Assembly (NCBI RefSeq): GCF_000025665.1
Contig: NC_013926.1
Span: 390,001-422,000, forward strand
Direction: 5' to 3'
Length of the DNA: 32,000 nucleotides
Source of the DNA: Aciduliprofundum boonei T469
GTDB lineage: Archaea > Thermoplasmatota > Thermoplasmata > Thermoplasmatales > Aciduliprofundaceae
Shown: positions 9,799 to 20,635 of the stretch, in pieces
Numbering within the stretch: the stretch's first letter is position 1
How the letters are laid out: each line of letters starts with the position of its first letter
The notes under the pieces: generated by a model
Told to the model about the DNA's origin: nothing
The model's database searches: none
The model's input: only the letters and a program-made list of their open reading frames with translations
Translations under genes and position numbers: made by a program

Positions 9799-10230
9799 AT
9801 GAACCTAGATGATAGAGACAGGAAAATCATAGAACTCCTACTCAAAAATTCAAGAATGAATTATTCTGAAATCGCAAAGGTATTGGGTATAAGTGATACT
9901 GCTGTAAGGAAAAGAATTAGAAATATGGAGAAAAATGGAGTAATCCGAGGGTATACTCTATCTGTAGATCCCCACACCTTGGGCTATAAATGTGTTGCCA
10001 TTTTGGGCATAGATACAGAATCGGAGAAATTTTACTATGTGGCTAATGCTCTTAAAGATATGGATGAGGTAAAATGCGTGGATATGGCAAGTGGGGAGAA
10101 TATGATAGTGGTTGAAATCTGGGCAAAGGATGGAGAGCAACTTGCAAGAATAATCTCCGAGAACATAGGCAAGATAGATGGAGTCAAGAAGGTAAAATCA
10201 TCCATTGTTTTGCAAAAATTGAAAGGGTGA
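9799..10230 (+). CDS. Lrp/AsnC-family transcriptional regulator
   Basis: LDDRDRKIIELLLKNSRMNYSEIAKVLGISDTAVRKRIRNMEKNGVI is the HTH_AsnC pattern, followed by a RAM/ACT-like domain. ATG 9799 is preceded by GGCGGTGAG; the listed ORF starts 9 codons earlier. Confidence 0.85.
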   Translation: MNLDDRDRKIIELLLKNSRMNYSEIAKVLGISDTAVRKRIRNMEKNGVIRGYTLSVDPHTLGYKCVAILGIDTESEKFYYVANALKDMDEVKCVDMASGENMIVVEIWAKDGEQLARIISENIGKIDGVKKVKSSIVLQKLKG

Positions 10231-10270
10231 GGAAAAGTTTTATATTTATCCTTCCAATTTATTATATTAA

Positions 10271-11641
10271 ATGAGCCACCATAAATTTCTTTACTTGCTA
10301 ATCGTGCTACTCCTGCTCTCATCCCTATTCCCATTAGTTTATTCTGCACCACCAAGAACTGGTGGGGGAAAAGGTATTGTTAAAATTGCAATTGATAAAA
10401 ATTTGCCCCCATACTCATACATAGACCAAAATGGAAATTTGGTGGGATTTAATATAGAGCTTCTAAAGGCCATGGAAGAATACACAAATTTCACATTTGA
10501 TTTCGTTCCTGGAAATTGGGATCAATGCATGTTCCGTCTTCAAAATGGAGAGGTTGATGCTTTAATGGCCACGGTTCCAACCCCGCAGAGGAATAAAAGC
10601 TTTGCATTCACAGAAACCTATATGCACCTTTATTTTGATTTTTACCAGAGGGCAAGTTTAAAGTCAATAAATAAGATAAGTGAAATAGGAAACCACACAA
10701 TTGCAGTGGTTAGAGGAGATGTAACTGAAATATTCCTCAAGAACTGGATGAACGAGACGCACGAAAAAGTGTACCTGGTGGAAGTTGCCACACCCCAAGA
10801 GGGTTTGAAGCTGGTAAATACAAACAGCGTAGATTTATTTGTGTACGAAATTCACACATCCTCGTACTACATTGCAAAATATAACTTGAATAATGTTCGT
10901 CTTACAAATATCCAAGCATTCTCTCTGCCTATCGCAATAGCTGTAAGGAAGAATGAGCCATGGTTGGTACAGGAGTTAAACTATGCAATTGATAAAGTTA
11001 AAAATAGTGGAAAATACACTATTTTGTACAACAAATGGTTCAATCCTCCCACAAACGAGCAAATACCTTTTTATCTTTATGTTGCCACCGTAGCATTGGT
11101 CGCTTCTGTGAGCGTTATAGCATACCTGGGAGTGAGATATAGAAGAGCTTCTAAGAGAATGAGCGCTCAACAGAAAAGAATTGAAAACTTAATTAGCTTA
11201 TCTCAAACTTTGATGGAAAAGATGCCTATTGGAATAATTTACCTCAAAAATGGAAGATGCGTATATGCAAATCCTGAAGCAATGAAAATATTAGGCTATA
11301 GTTTCAAGGAAATAAATGAAAAAAGGCTCTTCAGACACTTTTTGAAAGATGGGGAAATCAAGATGAAAACGAAGGATGGTAGGACTAAATGGGTGTTTAC
11401 AAAATCCATAATCTACGGAGGAGGGAAAATAATCAGCTTGATTGATATAACGGATAAAAAAATGTTAGAAATAAAAGAGCAAAAAAGGTTTGAATACATA
11501 AATAACATGCTAGATGCTTTGAGAAACCCCATGCAAAACATACTTTTTGCCGTGGAAAAAATTGAAGATCCTAAGATGCAGGAAATAATAAAAAAAGAAA
11601 GCGATAAAATTTCCAATATTCTGAAAGAAGAAACAGAATGA
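10271..11641 (+). CDS. Membrane sensor: signal peptide, family-3 solute-binding domain, TM helix, PAS, degenerate DHp; no kinase catalytic domain
   Basis: An N-terminal hydrophobic signal is followed by SBP_bac_3-like motifs (IAIDKNLPPYSYIDQNGNLVGFNIELLKAM, GEVDALMATV, FAFTETY). A TM segment (FYLYVATVALVASVSVIAYLGV) and a PAS core (PIGIIYL...YANPEAMKILGY...DITDKK) follow. The H-box-like segment MLDALRNPMQNI lacks the His. The ORF ends 56 aa later with no N/G1/G2 ATP-binding boxes. Confidence 0.7.
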   Translation: MSHHKFLYLLIVLLLLSSLFPLVYSAPPRTGGGKGIVKIAIDKNLPPYSYIDQNGNLVGFNIELLKAMEEYTNFTFDFVPGNWDQCMFRLQNGEVDALMATVPTPQRNKSFAFTETYMHLYFDFYQRASLKSINKISEIGNHTIAVVRGDVTEIFLKNWMNETHEKVYLVEVATPQEGLKLVNTNSVDLFVYEIHTSSYYIAKYNLNNVRLTNIQAFSLPIAIAVRKNEPWLVQELNYAIDKVKNSGKYTILYNKWFNPPTNEQIPFYLYVATVALVASVSVIAYLGVRYRRASKRMSAQQKRIENLISLSQTLMEKMPIGIIYLKNGRCVYANPEAMKILGYSFKEINEKRLFRHFLKDGEIKMKTKDGRTKWVFTKSIIYGGGKIISLIDITDKKMLEIKEQKRFEYINNMLDALRNPMQNILFAVEKIEDPKMQEIIKKESDKISNILKEETE

Positions 11642-11644
11642 ATT

Positions 11645-12081
11645 GGGCCAAGTGCCAGGAGTAAGCCCCCTTCTGTTCTGAGGAGACACCTACGGTTTCT
11701 CCCTCTACCCTCTTCCCTCAAAGGAAGGGGTTAGAAGGGGGAACCTTGGTGCCCCCTCGTGGCGGCATCCGACTAAGCACCCTACCTGCGCCTCGTCGGG
11801 CAACTCATAGGCACGATTTGGGCTTGCTCCGCCGGGGTCGGCCGTTTCAACAGCTCCCACGGAAATGTCATCCGCAGGGAATCATCCTGCTCCGCGGGCT
11901 GTGTCGTTTCTGCTCCGTTGCCGTCCCTCTCAGGACCACCGCTTGCGCGAGGCCGGCTGCCCGAAGGAGGGGGGACTTTCCTCAGGAAGGGACACCTGCG
12001 GTTTCCCTTTCCATGCCCTTCCCTTTGAAATTTAGGGCCGCAGGTATCCTCTTCCCGTGGCCGCCCTCTGGCTCTTGGCCC
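11645..12081 (-). ncRNA. rnpB: RNase P RNA (archaeal type A-like)
   Basis: This is the only GC-rich island in the window. On the minus strand I read CR-I GAGGAAAGTCC (11973-11983) and CR-V ACAGAAGGGGGCTTA (11662-11676). Also present are CCGGCGGAGCAAGCCCAAAT (compare bacterial CCCGGAGCAAGGCCAAAU) and a GTTGAAACGG element. The terminal helix P1 pairs GGGCCAAG with CTTGGCCC. A TTTAAATA box lies about 25 nt upstream of the 5' end. Confidence 0.9.
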
Positions 12082-12102
12082 ATATTAAAGATAAAGGAGT
12101 AA

Positions 12103-12110
12103 TATTTAAA
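12103..12110 (-). promoter_or_regulatory. TATA box for the RNase P RNA gene
   Basis: The minus strand reads TTTAAATA, centred about 25 nt upstream of the first G of the P1 helix at 12081. Confidence 0.4.
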
Positions 12111-12179
12111 ATTTTCAAAAAGAGTGAAATATCCACTTAAAAAACGAAAATTTATAACACCGATTATAATACAGAATGC

Positions 12180-13211
12180 GTGAGTAGTTTCAGCGAGCAT
12201 ATAAAAAACTTTTCGCCATCATGGTTTGCAACCGTTATGGGCACTGGTGTATTTGCCACTTCAACATATCTATTATCTTTTGGAAATCCCATTATGCTCA
12301 CACTAGCTCATTTCATAACTGTACTAAACTTCCTCATGTTTTTCGTAATTCTCGTGCCTTGGACAGCAAGGTGGATTTTCTACCCAAAAAATGCTCTCGC
12401 AGATTTTCTGCATCCGATAAGATCCAACTTCTATGTCACATTCGGAGTAGGCATGCTCGCACTATCTACAAATTTTTTCGTGGTAGAGAAAATCCCTTCC
12501 GTGGGACTTGCATTCTGGATCGCCGGTACTATTGAAGTTATGATTAATGCCTTCGTGTATATGTTCTTCGTATTCCTAAACAGAAGGATAAAATTGGAAG
12601 ATATAAATCCATCCATGTTCATAATGACTACTGGGTTGTTTCTTATATGGGGTGCTGGAAGAGCAGCAATACCTTATATGAGAGACATAGGCCTTGAAAC
12701 CCTGAATATCACATTTGATTTTACCTTTGGCACTGCTTTCTTTCTTTACATAGGTTTTCAAACAATCTGGCTTCATAGATACATTCTATCAGAACCCCTT
12801 AAATCATCTCAAATGCCTCTATTCTGGATAAATCTTGGGCCCATCGGTGCTGCTTTATCAGCCCTTTTATCACCACCCGTCATTGTGGAATTTAAATACA
12901 TCGCGTTATTTTTTGCATCTCTTTTCTGGGGCTACGGTATCTGGTGGTTCATACTTTCAGTGGCAACCACCATATATTACGCAAAAAGAATTTCAATGCC
13001 CTATAAAACAGTGTGGTGGGCCTTCACTTTCCCTCTGGGCGCTTATATAATAGGGACATACTATTACGCACAACAAAAAAATTACACCACATTGATATAT
13101 TTTGACATAGCCATATACATAATGTTGTTCATTCTGTGGACAATCACCGCTGCCCTTACTCTGTACCACATAATAAAAGGAGGCATAAGGGAAAAAGAAA
13201 ACCTCGACTAA
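12180..13211 (+). CDS. TDT-family (TehA/Mae1/SLAC1-like) anion or dicarboxylate transporter
   Basis: About 10 predicted TM helices. The N-terminal motif SPSWFATVMGTGV is typical of the tellurite-resistance/dicarboxylate transporter family. The GTG start lies about 28 nt downstream of AAAATTTATAA, so the transcript may be leaderless. Confidence 0.72.
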   Translation: MSSFSEHIKNFSPSWFATVMGTGVFATSTYLLSFGNPIMLTLAHFITVLNFLMFFVILVPWTARWIFYPKNALADFLHPIRSNFYVTFGVGMLALSTNFFVVEKIPSVGLAFWIAGTIEVMINAFVYMFFVFLNRRIKLEDINPSMFIMTTGLFLIWGAGRAAIPYMRDIGLETLNITFDFTFGTAFFLYIGFQTIWLHRYILSEPLKSSQMPLFWINLGPIGAALSALLSPPVIVEFKYIALFFASLFWGYGIWWFILSVATTIYYAKRISMPYKTVWWAFTFPLGAYIIGTYYYAQQKNYTTLIYFDIAIYIMLFILWTITAALTLYHIIKGGIREKENLD

Positions 13212-13295
13212 TTGAAAAATTTAAAAAGTGCAAACAATCCCTAAACTTTATTACCATTCCTAAAAAGAGTACAAAAAAATAATCAACTCCTAAAA

Positions 13296-15948
<2,653 letters not shown>

Positions 15949-15964
15949 TTTATCACCTCCAGTT

Positions 15965-15981
15965 ATCAACTTTTAGTTGAT
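15965..15981 (-). promoter_or_regulatory. Perfect palindrome ATCAACT-TTT-AGTTGAT, candidate operator of the hsp20-cdc48 promoter
   Basis: It has 7-bp arms and a 3-nt spacer. It lies between the TATA box (16006-16014) and the SD, starting about 25-30 nt downstream of the TATA centre, at the expected transcription start. Confidence 0.4.
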
Positions 15982-16005
15982 TTCTAATTTCCCCATGCTA
16001 TACTT

Positions 16006-16014
16006 CTATATAAA
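16006..16014 (-). promoter_or_regulatory. TATA box of the hsp20-cdc48 operon
   Basis: The minus strand reads TTTTATATA in the divergent intergenic region. Confidence 0.45.
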
Positions 16015-16084
16015 ACTTTCTATTTATTCTACTACAGAATTTCAAAGAAGAACCAAAAATAGGGGCTTTAATAAATATGCAAAA

Positions 16085-16094
16085 TTTTAAATAT
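16085..16094 (+). promoter_or_regulatory. TATA box of the peptide ABC transporter operon
   Basis: TTTTAAATAT lies about 30-35 nt upstream of the binding-protein start codons, with GGGTGA as the SD. Confidence 0.35.
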
Positions 16095-16122
16095 TCTTTT
16101 TACCTATAATCACCTTGGGTGA

Positions 16123-17709
16123 ATGGCAATGAATAAGACAACAGGATGGATTATAGCCATAGTTATTGTAGTGATTTTAATAATAGCTGGAGTTGCAGTG
16201 TACTTTGGCACACAGCCCTCTTCACAGCCCAAACCAGTTCAAAAAGAGCAATTGGTAATTGGTGTAACAGATAAAGTTTCTGACATAGACCCAGCAAATG
16301 CTTACGACTTCTATACTTGGGAAGTTTTGAACAATATAATGAATGGTTTGGTGACATACAAACCAGGAACCACAGATATAGAACCGGCAATAGCTGCAAG
16401 TTGGGATGTAAATTCTAACGCAAGTGTGTGGACATTCCATCTCAGGCATGATGTAAAGTATCCAAATGGAACAGTCCTGAAAGCACAGGATGTTGTTTGG
16501 AGTATTGAGAGGGTTATGAGAATAAACGGTGACCCTGCATGGCTAGTTACCTCATTTGTCAAAAAGGTTACTGCTCCCGATGATTTCACCGTTGTATTCA
16601 CTTTAAAGCACCCAACAGCTTACTTCCTAGCTCTTCTGACAGACCCACCATATTTCCCGGTAAGTAGAGCATACGATCCAAACCACATACAGAGCGATCA
16701 AACTGCTGGAGGCGCTGGACCGTACTACATAACCAAGTGGGTAAGAGATCAAGAGCTTGACCTGCAAGCAAATCCATATTACTACGGGCCTCAACCAAAG
16801 ATAAAGAAGATAATTATCAAATTCTACAAAGATGCAACTACAATGAGACTCGCCTTGGAAAATGGAGAGATCAATATCGCTTGGAGAACTCTTAGGCCCA
16901 CAGATATAAAGAGCCTTAAGGAAGAGGGCAAGTACAATGTTGTTGAGATACCAAGCTCTTACATTAGATACATTTGTATGAACACCGTGAAAGGTCCAAC
17001 TAAGGATGTGCGTGTTAGACAGGCATTGGCATATGCTGTGGATAGACAACAGATTGCAGAGAGAGTGTTCCAAGGAACTGTGGAGCCTTTATACACATTG
17101 ATACCCATTGGAATGTGGTCCCACAAGGATGTGTTCAAGGAGAAATACGGTGCTTCTCCAAATCTAAATGCAGCCAAGCAATTACTCCAAGAGGCTGGTT
17201 ATAGCACAACAAACAAATTGAAGATTGATCTTTGGTACACACCTTCTCATTATGGAGATACTGAGGCAGATTTGGCCCAGCTTCTTAAGCAGCAGTGGGA
17301 AGCTACCGGTATGATTGAAGTAAACATAAAGAGTGCTGAATGGCAAACATATCTACAATATGCAAGAACTGGATCAATGGAAGTATACATGTTCGGATGG
17401 TATCCAGATTACCTTGATCCAGATGATTACACCACCCCATTCTTGTCCTCCGTGGATAATGCAAATGGATGGGCTGGAACTGGATACAACAGCAGTCAGA
17501 TGAACCAAATACTCTCAGAGGCACAACAACTGACTAACAAGACACAGAGAGAAAAATTATACATACAGGCACAAGAGCTCCTTGCACAGGATGTGCCCTA
17601 TATACCAATAATACAAGGCAAGCTATATGTGGTAGCACAGAAAGATATCGGTGGAATAATCATTGGTCCAGATATGATTTTCCACTATAACTATCTATAC
17701 TTCAAATGA
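16123..17709 (+). CDS. ABC transporter substrate-binding protein, family 5 (OppA/DppA-type peptide binding)
   Basis: An N-terminal TM/signal anchor (GWIIAIVIVVILIIAGVAVYF) is followed by a Ser/Pro/Gln linker. SBP_bac_5 hallmarks are DPANAYDFYTWEVLNNIMNGLV, WTFHLRHDVKYPNG and GWYPDYLDPDDY. ATG 16129 may be the real start given the SD spacing. Confidence 0.9.
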   Translation: MAMNKTTGWIIAIVIVVILIIAGVAVYFGTQPSSQPKPVQKEQLVIGVTDKVSDIDPANAYDFYTWEVLNNIMNGLVTYKPGTTDIEPAIAASWDVNSNASVWTFHLRHDVKYPNGTVLKAQDVVWSIERVMRINGDPAWLVTSFVKKVTAPDDFTVVFTLKHPTAYFLALLTDPPYFPVSRAYDPNHIQSDQTAGGAGPYYITKWVRDQELDLQANPYYYGPQPKIKKIIIKFYKDATTMRLALENGEINIAWRTLRPTDIKSLKEEGKYNVVEIPSSYIRYICMNTVKGPTKDVRVRQALAYAVDRQQIAERVFQGTVEPLYTLIPIGMWSHKDVFKEKYGASPNLNAAKQLLQEAGYSTTNKLKIDLWYTPSHYGDTEADLAQLLKQQWEATGMIEVNIKSAEWQTYLQYARTGSMEVYMFGWYPDYLDPDDYTTPFLSSVDNANGWAGTGYNSSQMNQILSEAQQLTNKTQREKLYIQAQELLAQDVPYIPIIQGKLYVVAQKDIGGIIIGPDMIFHYNYLYFK

Positions 17710-17719
17710 TTTCCCAAAA

Positions 17720-17740
17720 CTTTTTTTATTTTTATTTCTT
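17720..17740 (+). terminator. Oligo-T tract between the binding-protein and permease genes (possible partial terminator/attenuator)
   Basis: CTTTTTTTATTTTTATTTCTT lies directly after the binding-protein stop and before the SD (AAGGTGAT) of the first permease. Confidence 0.3.
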
Positions 17741-17764
17741 ACACATTCAATAAGGTGATTCTAT

Positions 17765-18787
17765 ATGGCCTCTAGAGGTATTGGAAGATACATTGTGATT
17801 AGAGCGCTTTTAATAATTCCAATGATAATCATCCTATATACCGTTGTGTTCTTTTTCCTTAGGATTTTGCCTGGAGACCCGATAATGGCTGTAGTAGGTG
17901 CTAAAAATATACCTCCAGCAGAGCTGCAACATTTAAGGCATCTTGCAGGACTGGATAAACCATTGTGGTATCAATACTTTGATTACCTAGGGAAAGTATT
18001 TGTTGGTAATTTTGGAGTTACACTAGCATCACCAAGCGGCAAACCAGTTATGGATTTTATAGCCCAAAGATTTCCCGCCACTCTGGAGCTAACCATCTGG
18101 GGATTTGCGTTCAGCGTTCTCATAGGACTGGTTACTGGTGCAATAGGAGCATGGAAAAAGGGCACAAAAATTGACACAGCAATGAGATTCTATAGTATAT
18201 TGGTTTATACTCTTTTCATACCTTGGTTTGGAATGATGCTCCAATACTTCTTTGGCGTATACCTTCACTGGCTTCCAACCTCGGGCAGGATTGCTCCGGG
18301 TATGAACATTCACACGATAACAGGGCTCTATGTACTTGATAGTATTCTAACAGGCAACTGGCCCGCACTAGTAAGTTCCATAAAACACCTAATATTACCA
18401 GCATTAACTTTAGGAATTGTGTTAAGCGGAGCATATACAAGGCTTGTAAGAAATAATATGGTAGAGGTTCTGAGCATGGACTTCATACGCTCTTACTTTG
18501 CAAGAGGTGTAAAAAATAGAAAGGTAATGTGGTATGCACTAAAGAATGCTTTCATACCTGTAATCACCCTTATGGGACTGCAATTTGCAATATTGTTAGG
18601 TGGCGCAGTTTTGACGGAGACAACATTTAGCTGGCCCGGTATGGGCACATTCCTTTTAGACAGAATTAGTTACAGAGATTACACTTCCATCCAAGGCACC
18701 GTGATATTCATAGCCATATTCATAGGTGTAATAAGCTTGATTGTAGACATAGTGTATGCACTCTTGGACCCAAGGGTGAAGTATTGA
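17765..18787 (+). CDS. Peptide ABC transporter permease (OppB/DppB-type)
   Basis: Six predicted TM helices and a BPD_transp_1 fold with an EAA-like loop (FIRSYFARGVKNRKVMWYALKNA). SD is AAGGTGAT. Confidence 0.9.
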   Translation: MASRGIGRYIVIRALLIIPMIIILYTVVFFFLRILPGDPIMAVVGAKNIPPAELQHLRHLAGLDKPLWYQYFDYLGKVFVGNFGVTLASPSGKPVMDFIAQRFPATLELTIWGFAFSVLIGLVTGAIGAWKKGTKIDTAMRFYSILVYTLFIPWFGMMLQYFFGVYLHWLPTSGRIAPGMNIHTITGLYVLDSILTGNWPALVSSIKHLILPALTLGIVLSGAYTRLVRNNMVEVLSMDFIRSYFARGVKNRKVMWYALKNAFIPVITLMGLQFAILLGGAVLTETTFSWPGMGTFLLDRISYRDYTSIQGTVIFIAIFIGVISLIVDIVYALLDPRVKY

Positions 18788-18797
18788 GGTGATAAAA

Positions 18798-19658
18798 ATG
18801 GAACTAGCAGATAAAATATTTAATCCAATAATAAAATCTCTCTTCAAGAAAGTTCCCGGCAGATGGATGCTAATAACCGGACTAACTATAGTGCTGATTG
18901 TCATCATACTGGCCATATTTGCTCCCTGGATTTCTCCCTATAATCCCACGGAATCTACAAACGATACCTTTGCACCCCCAAGTTGGAAACACCCCATGGG
19001 CACAAATAGAATAGGTCAAGATATGTTCTCCCGCATACTTTGGGGTGGAAGAATTATGCTCTATGTTGTTGCCATAGCAACACTGTTATCAATGAGTGTT
19101 GGAATACCCCTTGGGCTCATATCTGGATATTATCGAGGTAAAATGGATAGAACCCTTAGCATCATTATGGATAGCATTTATGCTTTTCCAGCAATAATCT
19201 TAGCCATTGTGATTTCCGTTGCCTTGGGACCTAGTCCAATGAATACCGCAGTGGCTATATCTTTTGTTTATGTACCAACATATTTCAGAATGGTACGCGG
19301 TCAAACTTTAAGTTTTAGAGAACAATTATTTGTGGAAGGTGCTAGAGCAGTGGGGGCTAAAAACAAAGATATTATGTTTAAATACATACTCCCAAATCTT
19401 GTACCTACAATCCTCGTGGTATTCTCTCTAAGTGTAGCAGATACAATTTTAACTGAGGCGGGTTTGAGTTTCTTGGGCTTATCTGTTGTACCTCCAACAC
19501 CAGACTGGGGATATGACTTAAAAGTGGGCCAACCATTCTTCTTGGATGGGTATTGGTGGCTGGTAATATTCCCCGGCTTTATGATCATGATCTTCGCTAT
19601 GGCATTTGCTCTGATAGGAGAGGCTCTTAGTGAGAGAACCTCTCTTGGAACGAGGTGA
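18798..19658 (+). CDS. Peptide ABC transporter permease (OppC/DppC-type)
   Basis: Contains the OppC N-terminal motif (APWISPYNP ... PPSWKHPMGTNRIGQDMFSRILWG) and the EAA loop (FVEGARAVGAKNKDIMFKYILPN). ATG 18798 lies 6 nt after TGAGGTGAT; the GTG at 18789 is inside the SD. Confidence 0.9.
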   Translation: MELADKIFNPIIKSLFKKVPGRWMLITGLTIVLIVIILAIFAPWISPYNPTESTNDTFAPPSWKHPMGTNRIGQDMFSRILWGGRIMLYVVAIATLLSMSVGIPLGLISGYYRGKMDRTLSIIMDSIYAFPAIILAIVISVALGPSPMNTAVAISFVYVPTYFRMVRGQTLSFREQLFVEGARAVGAKNKDIMFKYILPNLVPTILVVFSLSVADTILTEAGLSFLGLSVVPPTPDWGYDLKVGQPFFLDGYWWLVIFPGFMIMIFAMAFALIGEALSERTSLGTR

Positions 19659-19662
19659 TTAA

Positions 19663-20634
19663 ATGGACAACATAGTACTTGATGTTAGAAATTTGAGTGT
19701 ATACTATTACACTATCGCTGGCACGGTTAGGGCTGTTGAGAATGTATCGTTCAAAATAGAGAGGGGTGATTGGGTTACTTTCGTAGGAGAGAGTGGAAGT
19801 GGGAAGTCAACGGTAGCTCACGCACTTGTTAACCTTGTTCCAAATCCCGGAAAAATAGTTAAAGGCGAAATCATATTTAATGGAAAGAACCTAATTACTA
19901 TGGATATAGAAGAACTTAGGAAAATTAGAGGAAAGGATATTAGCATGATTTTCCAAGATCCTATGACGAGCTTGGATCCATTGAGAAAAATAGGTGACCA
20001 AATAATGGAAGTTATGATTGAGCATGGCGTTGATGAGGAAGAAGCTAAAAAAAGAGCTAAGGAGCTGTTAAGAAGCGTGAATATACCAGAAGATAGGCTA
20101 GATTACTACCCCCACCAATTAAGCGGAGGACAAAGACAGAGAATTATTATCTCCATGGCTATGGCTTTTCATTCAAAATTAATAATTGCCGATGAGCCTA
20201 CAACCGCCCTAGATGTAATCGTCCAAGATTCAATTATGGACTTGCTAGAAGATCTAAGAAAAAGTGGTACCAGTGTTTTCTTTATCACTCACGATATATC
20301 CCTGGCCTCCGAAAGAAGTTCAAAAATTGGAATAATGTATGCTGGAAAACTTGTAGAATTCGGATTAGTTGACCAAATTATCGAAAATCCTAAGCATCCT
20401 TATACAGCAGCACTTTTCCAGAGCACTCCTGATCTTTGGGTTGATAAAACAATAACCTCTATTCCAGGTTATCCCCCAGATTTGAGAGATCCTCCAAAGG
20501 GATGCAGGTTTTATCCGAGATGCCAAGTGTTCAAGGAAAATTCAAATTTAAAAGGTGTGTGTAATGGAAAAGAGCCCGTGATGAAAGAAGTTGAGCCCGG
20601 GCACTTTGTTGCCTGTCATCTCTATGGTGATTAA
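19663..20634 (+). CDS. Peptide ABC transporter ATPase (OppD/DppD-type)
   Basis: Walker A GESGSGKS, signature LSGGQRQR and Walker B LIIADEPTTALD. The C-terminal oligopeptide-ATPase extension has four Cys (CRFYPRC...C...C). Confidence 0.93.
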   Translation: MDNIVLDVRNLSVYYYTIAGTVRAVENVSFKIERGDWVTFVGESGSGKSTVAHALVNLVPNPGKIVKGEIIFNGKNLITMDIEELRKIRGKDISMIFQDPMTSLDPLRKIGDQIMEVMIEHGVDEEEAKKRAKELLRSVNIPEDRLDYYPHQLSGGQRQRIIISMAMAFHSKLIIADEPTTALDVIVQDSIMDLLEDLRKSGTSVFFITHDISLASERSSKIGIMYAGKLVEFGLVDQIIENPKHPYTAALFQSTPDLWVDKTITSIPGYPPDLRDPPKGCRFYPRCQVFKENSNLKGVCNGKEPVMKEVEPGHFVACHLYGD

Positions 20635-20635
20635 A

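Noticed and set aside
11413-11721. 102-aa ORF on the - strand
   Set aside because: It runs antisense through the 3' end of the sensor gene and into the 3' end of the RNase P RNA. Its composition is low-complexity and it has no initiation signals.
11746-12102. 118-aa Arg/Pro/Gly-rich ORF on the + strand
   Set aside because: It lies entirely antisense to the RNase P RNA. Its composition follows from the GC-rich structural RNA, and it has no SD or promoter.
16163-17524. Several 66-148-aa minus-strand ORFs
   Set aside because: They are antisense shadow ORFs within the substrate-binding-protein gene.
20591-20635. 15-codon N-terminal extension of the second ABC ATPase, overlapping the first ATPase by 44 nt
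   Set aside because: ATG 20636 is preceded by GGTGAT, and MDYILNVKDLKKYF matches the family N-terminus. The extension is just the out-of-frame tail of the upstream gene.
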